The notes beneath the pieces are model-generated. The model was not told the origin of the DNA and made no database searches. It saw only the letters and a program-made list of their open reading frames with translations. A DNA stretch of 64,000 nucleotides, taken from assembly GCA_036337435.1 (NCBI GenBank), contig JAYZEG010000028.1, positions 1 to 64,000 on the forward strand, in the 5' to 3' direction. This document shows positions 59,208 to 64,000 of the stretch, piece after piece (within the stretch, counting starts at the first letter, position 1; every line of letters begins with the position of its first letter). Position numbers and translations under genes: made by a program. Source of the stretch: Myxococcota bacterium (GTDB lineage Bacteria; Myxococcota_A; Bradymonadia; UBA7976; UBA1532).

Positions 59208-59873
59208 TCAAGGGGTGCTTGGAGCCGTCGGGTCAAAACGGCCGCGTCTTGAAAATACGAGTTCTACGCTCTTATCGGTCTGGTCCGTTCTGATTTGGAC
59301 CGCATAGTCGATGAGGGACCATATTCTCCCGACCTTTTCCTTCTTCTTTTCAAGAGCCTTCCCCTTGCCCAACTTCTTAGATGCAACTTCAATTAACGCA
59401 TCTCTTCGCTCTTTGACGGCGTAAGCTGGGTGTAGGGTCGCAACGATTGTTTCGACATGGGTTTGCTCTTTGTTCAGCTGAAAATGAATCATTTTGAATT
59501 CGGGTGATGGATTCATCGCGACCAACCAACGAGACGAGTACGAGGATGGTCGAACACCTTTCCTAGCCTTGAGTGCCTTGAGTGTTGTCCCTGGTTCGGC
59601 GAGTAGGTTGTTTGGCGGTTTTGGTAAGCTTTTAAGCATGTCATAAGGTGACAAGGGCGCGGCAAGCGTGGTGCTTGAATCAACAGCCTTTGCAACGCTG
59701 GCGTCCTTGTTCGCCACCTCTTCGACTTTTTTTTCGTCCTTGGAACACCCGGCAGGTAGCCAGCAAAACACCAGGATGAGTAGACTCGAGACAATTCTCT
59801 TACCAGCCCCATTGAAAAGACGTTCACCCATCTCTATGCTCCAAACGCAGATAATAAAACCCCAGGTTTTCAT
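59208..59873 (-). CDS. Hypothetical lipoprotein (start uncertain)
   Basis: PAGC lipobox after a hydrophobic stretch. Confidence 0.65.
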   Translation of the reverse strand: MKTWGFIICVWSIEMGERLFNGAGKRIVSSLLILVFCWLPAGCSKDEKKVEEVANKDASVAKAVDSSTTLAAPLSPYDMLKSLPKPPNNLLAEPGTTLKALKARKGVRPSSYSSRWLVAMNPSPEFKMIHFQLNKEQTHVETIVATLHPAYAVKERRDALIEVASKKLGKGKALEKKKEKVGRIWSLIDYAVQIRTDQTDKSVELVFSRRGRFDPTAPSTP

Positions 59874-59890
59874 ACGACAAAGGATTTTTC

Positions 59891-61270
59891 ATGTGGTCGC
59901 GTGACCTAATTTATCACTTTATTGGCATTGGTGGCATTGGCGTCAGTGCCGTCGCTCGTGTCCTTCACCAACAGGGCGTTAGGGTACAGGGTTCGGACGT
60001 GCGTGCAAGTCAATTAACCGAGGCTCTCGAGCAACTGGGCATTTCGGTTACCATTGGTCACAGCGCGGCTAATATCGACGGTGCAGATGTCGTCGTTCAC
60101 TCGACCGCCGTTCCATTCGATAATGTCGAACGTCAGGCAGCTCGCGATGCGGGTATTCCGGAAGCGCACCGCTCTGAAATGTTGGGCCTATGCATGCAAG
60201 GAAGTCGAGCCGTCGGAGTGACTGGTACGCATGGTAAGGGTACGGTGTCGGCTATGATCACCCATTCGCTTGTAAAGGCTGGATTAGACCCGACTTTTAT
60301 TATCGGCGGGTTATTGAACAACTATCGGTTGAATGCCCAAAATGGCACCCAGCCCTTTGCTGTTGCGGAGGTGGATGAAAGTGATCGAAGTCATTTGAAT
60401 TTGCGCCCAGAGATTGTCGTTGTGAACAACTTAGAGGTCGACCATCTCAATTTCTATGATGGGCTGGGTGATATCATTGAGACGATGGCGACTTTCATCA
60501 ATCAGAATGAGTCATTGACGGGCCTTGCACTCAATTGGGATGACCAAGGTGTCCGACGTCTCGCTGGCAAGATTGACGTACCATTCATCAAATATGGTAC
60601 GTCCGGCGACAATCTCGATTACAAAGTCGACAACATCGTGGACTACGGAAATGAGGTGGCGTTTACCGCGTACCGTCGATCGGAAGAACTGGGCCGGATT
60701 TGCCTCCCAATCCCAGGCAATTACAATGCTGACAATGCCGCGGGTGCAATCTCTGTTCTGCTCGAATATCTCGACCAACCATTTGAAAAAATTGCAGCGG
60801 CTCTCAACACCTACAAAGGCCTTGAGAATCGGTTCACCGTCGACCGCTCGAGCGGCATAACAATTGTGAAAGATTATATTTCGCATCCGACAGGCATGCG
60901 CCGTGTCCTTGAAAGTGCGAAAAAAATGGAACACAACAAGATTTGGTGTGTATTCAAACCGTATCGGTTCACGCTCATGAAATATCACGGTTATGAGTAC
61001 GGTGATGCATTGAGCACTGCCGATGAAATTGTCATTACACGCATGTATGCGGCCGAAGAACGGCCGCTTGATGGGATTGATACACCCTGGTTCTGCGACG
61101 TTCTGCGTCAGGCGAACAATGTGGTTAATTATGTGCCCGAAAATCATGACGTGGTGCCCTTTTTGACGGGCACAGTAAAAGATGGAGATATGGTCATTTT
61201 TTTTGGGGGTGATGACTTTTTCAGGATGGCTGACCAATGGGTCAACGATAGAAATTGTTCGAATCAGTGA
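59891..61270 (+). CDS. murC: UDP-N-acetylmuramate--L-alanine ligase
   Basis: HFIGIGGIGVSA.A, GTHGK, EVDESD.S, NLEVDHL, DY.SHPT. Confidence 0.9.
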   Translation: MWSRDLIYHFIGIGGIGVSAVARVLHQQGVRVQGSDVRASQLTEALEQLGISVTIGHSAANIDGADVVVHSTAVPFDNVERQAARDAGIPEAHRSEMLGLCMQGSRAVGVTGTHGKGTVSAMITHSLVKAGLDPTFIIGGLLNNYRLNAQNGTQPFAVAEVDESDRSHLNLRPEIVVVNNLEVDHLNFYDGLGDIIETMATFINQNESLTGLALNWDDQGVRRLAGKIDVPFIKYGTSGDNLDYKVDNIVDYGNEVAFTAYRRSEELGRICLPIPGNYNADNAAGAISVLLEYLDQPFEKIAAALNTYKGLENRFTVDRSSGITIVKDYISHPTGMRRVLESAKKMEHNKIWCVFKPYRFTLMKYHGYEYGDALSTADEIVITRMYAAEERPLDGIDTPWFCDVLRQANNVVNYVPENHDVVPFLTGTVKDGDMVIFFGGDDFFRMADQWVNDRNCSNQ

Positions 61271-62586
61271 ATCTAAAAGGTCGCACAGTCGCTGTTTGGG
61301 GTGCCGCACGAAGCGGCGTCGCTGCCGCCAATTTATTGGTCACACTCGGTGCTGAAGTCATCCTGAGCGACAACCGAAGTTTTGATGCTCTGAGCCTCGA
61401 TACCTTAGACGCCCGCGTGTCGTTGGAATGTGGTGGAAATGTTCTAGCAGACGCGGACATACTGATACCAAGTCCGGGCATCAAGCCAAGCACTCGAGCC
61501 CTTCAAAACGCATTGATCAGTGGCGTGACTCTATGCAGTGAGATCGAACTCGCAGCCGCGTTTGCGAAATGCCCTATCGTTGCGATAACGGGAACGGATG
61601 GTAAGAGTACAACCACCGAAATGATCGGGTCACTGGTCGAGGGCACGGGTCGACGCGCCATTGTTGCTGGCAATATTGGTGTGCCGTTTTGTGAGCGAGT
61701 TTTGAGTGGTCGCGGAGATGATGTCTTTGTCGTCGAAGTGAGTGCATTTCAACTTTGGTCCTGCTCGAATTTTTCACCCCAAATTGCAGTGATCACGAAC
61801 ATCGCAGAGGATCATGCCGAATACTTCGATCATGATACGGCCGCATACATCGCCGCCAAGGAACGTATTCTGCAGGACATGGTGCCAGGCAGTCACGCGA
61901 TTCTGAGGGGGGACGACCCGTCCGTTGCCCAGTTCACAACCAAAGAAGGCGTACATCGAATCCTTTTTGGACCGAATCAGGTCAGCACAGGCTGGGGCTT
62001 CGACGGTCAGTGCTTGCTGCGGAATGGTGTTCGGGTCATGGATGCTAAAATGCTCTCGGTTCCCGGTCGACACAACGTTTACATTGCCCTCGCAGCCTTG
62101 GCGGTGGGAGACTCTCTTGGCTTGGATCGGGAGGCGGCGATTCGGGGGCTTACCTCTTTCCAGGGACTGCCACATCGGCTCCAACTCGTGTGCCAGAAAC
62201 GTGGGGTCTACTGGTATAACGACTCCAAAGCGACCAACCCACATGCGGCAAGTGTCGGCCTTAAGGCCATTGAACGCGACCAGATCGTAATCACAGGCGG
62301 CTACGAGAAGAATCTTGACCTATCCCCGTTCATCGGTGCTTTGGGTCGTGCAAGACAGGTTTACACTGTCGGGCCGACAAGCGACCGACTGACCCGTGCT
62401 GTCGACGGGCAAGTTCCTATCAAAACCTGTAAAACCCTTTTTGACGCTGTACAAGAAGCGGCGTCCCTTGCGCGGCCTAATGATGCTGTCATTTTATCGC
62501 CAGCCGCCTCATCGTTTGATGCCTACAAAAGCTATGCCCATCGAGGAGAGTGCTTCAACGAGTTTGTTCTTGGGCTGCCGGGCTAA
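61267..62586 (+). CDS. murD: UDP-N-acetylmuramoyl-L-alanine--D-glutamate ligase
   Basis: ITGTDGKSTT, GNIG.P, EVSAFQL, HRLQ, NDSKATN, LSPAASSFD...RG..F. Confidence 0.95.
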   Translation: MNLKGRTVAVWGAARSGVAAANLLVTLGAEVILSDNRSFDALSLDTLDARVSLECGGNVLADADILIPSPGIKPSTRALQNALISGVTLCSEIELAAAFAKCPIVAITGTDGKSTTTEMIGSLVEGTGRRAIVAGNIGVPFCERVLSGRGDDVFVVEVSAFQLWSCSNFSPQIAVITNIAEDHAEYFDHDTAAYIAAKERILQDMVPGSHAILRGDDPSVAQFTTKEGVHRILFGPNQVSTGWGFDGQCLLRNGVRVMDAKMLSVPGRHNVYIALAALAVGDSLGLDREAAIRGLTSFQGLPHRLQLVCQKRGVYWYNDSKATNPHAASVGLKAIERDQIVITGGYEKNLDLSPFIGALGRARQVYTVGPTSDRLTRAVDGQVPIKTCKTLFDAVQEAASLARPNDAVILSPAASSFDAYKSYAHRGECFNEFVLGLPG

Positions 62587-62602
62587 GGACGCAAATCCGT
62601 TT

Positions 62603-62818
62603 TCAGTCTTCGGTCATCCGAGCGACAACCTGGCCTTCTTGGACGGATTCGTTGGGTTCGACCAAAACCTCAGTCAAGACACCATCAGCCGGTGCTTCGA
62701 TGGGCATTTCCATTTTCATTGATTCTAGGATCATCACGACATCTTCTTCGTCTAGTTCATCCCCAACCTGAGCTTCGATCTTCCAAACTGTACCTGTGAT
62801 GTGAGCTTTAATATCCAT
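62603..62818 (-). CDS. Stand-alone biotin carboxyl carrier protein
   Basis: LESMKMEMP biotinylation motif. Confidence 0.92.
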   Translation of the reverse strand: MDIKAHITGTVWKIEAQVGDELDEEDVVMILESMKMEMPIEAPADGVLTEVLVEPNESVQEGQVVARMTED

Positions 62819-62827
62819 TTGTTCTCC

Positions 62828-64000
62828 TCAGTCCAACTTTCCCTTCGCGAAGCGCTCCAGCCACTTTGTGTCAAACTCAGCCCTTTGAACCGCTGGATGC
62901 CGCAGCACCTTACTCAGGAAAACACGATTTGTGGTCAGCTTTTCGATGGTAAATGCGTCGAGTGCTCTGGCTGCCAGAGCCAAAGCCTCCTCTCGCGATT
63001 CGCTATGTGCCGTCAATTTTGCGATCATTGGGTCGTAATACTGGGTGACAGTTGCCCCACTCTCTACGCCGCTATCCACCCGGACACCCTCCATCTCTGG
63101 TGGGCTGAAGTGACCGATTTCACCCGGTCTTGGCAGAAACATATTCTCTGGTTCTTCGGCATAGAGTCGACATTCGACAGCAGCACCGCTGATTTCAAGC
63201 TCATCCTGCTCGATTGACAACTTATCACCCGATGCGATTTTTAATTGCCAGGTGATGAGGTCAACGCCCGTAATGGCTTCTGTGACGGGGTGTTCGACCT
63301 GGAGGCGCGTATTCATTTCAATGAAGTAGAATTCACCGGTTGGTGCCATTACAAATTCGACTGTTCCGGCGTTGCGGTACCCAATGGCGTGAGCCGCCTT
63401 TAGGGCTGCATTGCAAAGGTCATCGCGCAGACCTACTTGGGTGGATACAAAAGGAGAGGGCGCTTCCTCTATTACCTTCTGGTGCCTCCGTTGGAGGGTG
63501 CATTCGCGTTCGAAAAGATGAACCCCATGCCCATGCTGATCAAATAGAATCTGGACTTCGATGTGACGGGGTGACTCGATGTACTTCTCCAAATAAACGG
63601 AAGAGTTCCCAAAGCTACTCTCCCCTCTATCTCGGCAGCTTTCGATGGCTCGTGCGAGTTTGGACTCTCGTTTCACAAGTGCCATACCAATACCACCGCC
63701 CCCTCCTGCAGCTTTGACAAGCACTGGGTAACCAATCTGTTTGGCGATAGCGTGTGCTTCATCTAAGTCGGTGATAGGGCCTTTTGAGCCTGGCACGACT
63801 GGAACGCCCGCTCGCTCAGCGGACTCGCGTGCGATTACCTTATCACCCATGGCCTCGATCACTTCAGGCGTCGGGCCGATGAACCGTATGCCCGCATCTT
63901 CACATCGTCGGGCAAAGCCCGCATTCTCTGACAAAAGCCCGTAACCCGGATGAATGGCGTCCACGGCTTCGGCAATGGCGACTTGTATAATGGCATCCTG
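62828..64000 (-). CDS. accC: Biotin carboxylase subunit, 5'-truncated by the window edge
   Basis: IHPGYGLLSEN, ERECTLQRRHQK, EMNTRLQVEHPVTE, YDPMIAKL. Confidence 0.93.
   Translation of the reverse strand, partial: QDAIIQVAIAEAVDAIHPGYGLLSENAGFARRCEDAGIRFIGPTPEVIEAMGDKVIARESAERAGVPVVPGSKGPITDLDEAHAIAKQIGYPVLVKAAGGGGGIGMALVKRESKLARAIESCRDRGESSFGNSSVYLEKYIESPRHIEVQILFDQHGHGVHLFERECTLQRRHQKVIEEAPSPFVSTQVGLRDDLCNAALKAAHAIGYRNAGTVEFVMAPTGEFYFIEMNTRLQVEHPVTEAITGVDLITWQLKIASGDKLSIEQDELEISGAAVECRLYAEEPENMFLPRPGEIGHFSPPEMEGVRVDSGVESGATVTQYYDPMIAKLTAHSESREEALALAARALDAFTIEKLTTNRVFLSKVLRHPAVQRAEFDTKWLERFAKGKLD

Noticed and set aside
1..64000. CRISPR array, IS element, prophage, invertible promoter, tRNA or rRNA
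   Set aside because: No regularly spaced repeats, transposase, integrase or invertase, and no tRNA/rRNA signatures seen; repeated DNA is limited to the conserved flagellin termini

Overview
This is a gene-dense bacterial chromosome segment of roughly 50-55% GC. A TIGR04563-type small protein, a MYXO-CTERM-like tail, HEAT-repeat proteins and a Hanks kinase suggest a Myxococcota/Bradymonadia-like deltaproteobacterium. Left to right it holds sucA(partial)-sucB-lpdA, envelope and housekeeping genes (CPBP protease, LptD-like protein, AMIN protein, tmk, parvulin, kinase, GMC oxidoreductase), and a ~33 kb flagellar island. The island contains flgFGAHIJ-flgMNKL-csrA-fliW, a class I adenylate cyclase homologue lacking catalytic residues, fliS/fliT-like genes, and on the minus strand five tandem flagellins, flaG and fliD. 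Clear sigma54 and sigma28 promoters and CsrA hairpins are visible. After the island come a degenerate GGDEF protein, lipoproteins, a CBM9-like protein, murC-murD and accB/accC(partial). The most unusual part is the space between the flagellins. It holds a ~530-nt highly base-paired non-coding region downstream of one flagellin, 190-600 nt hairpin-rich leaders with a recurring A-(N)GGG-U loop variant of the CsrA motif, and long ORFans (330 and 640 aa) directly behind two flagellins. I see no CRISPR array, rRNA, tRNA or mobile element. All calls come from motif recognition by eye; no database search was run.
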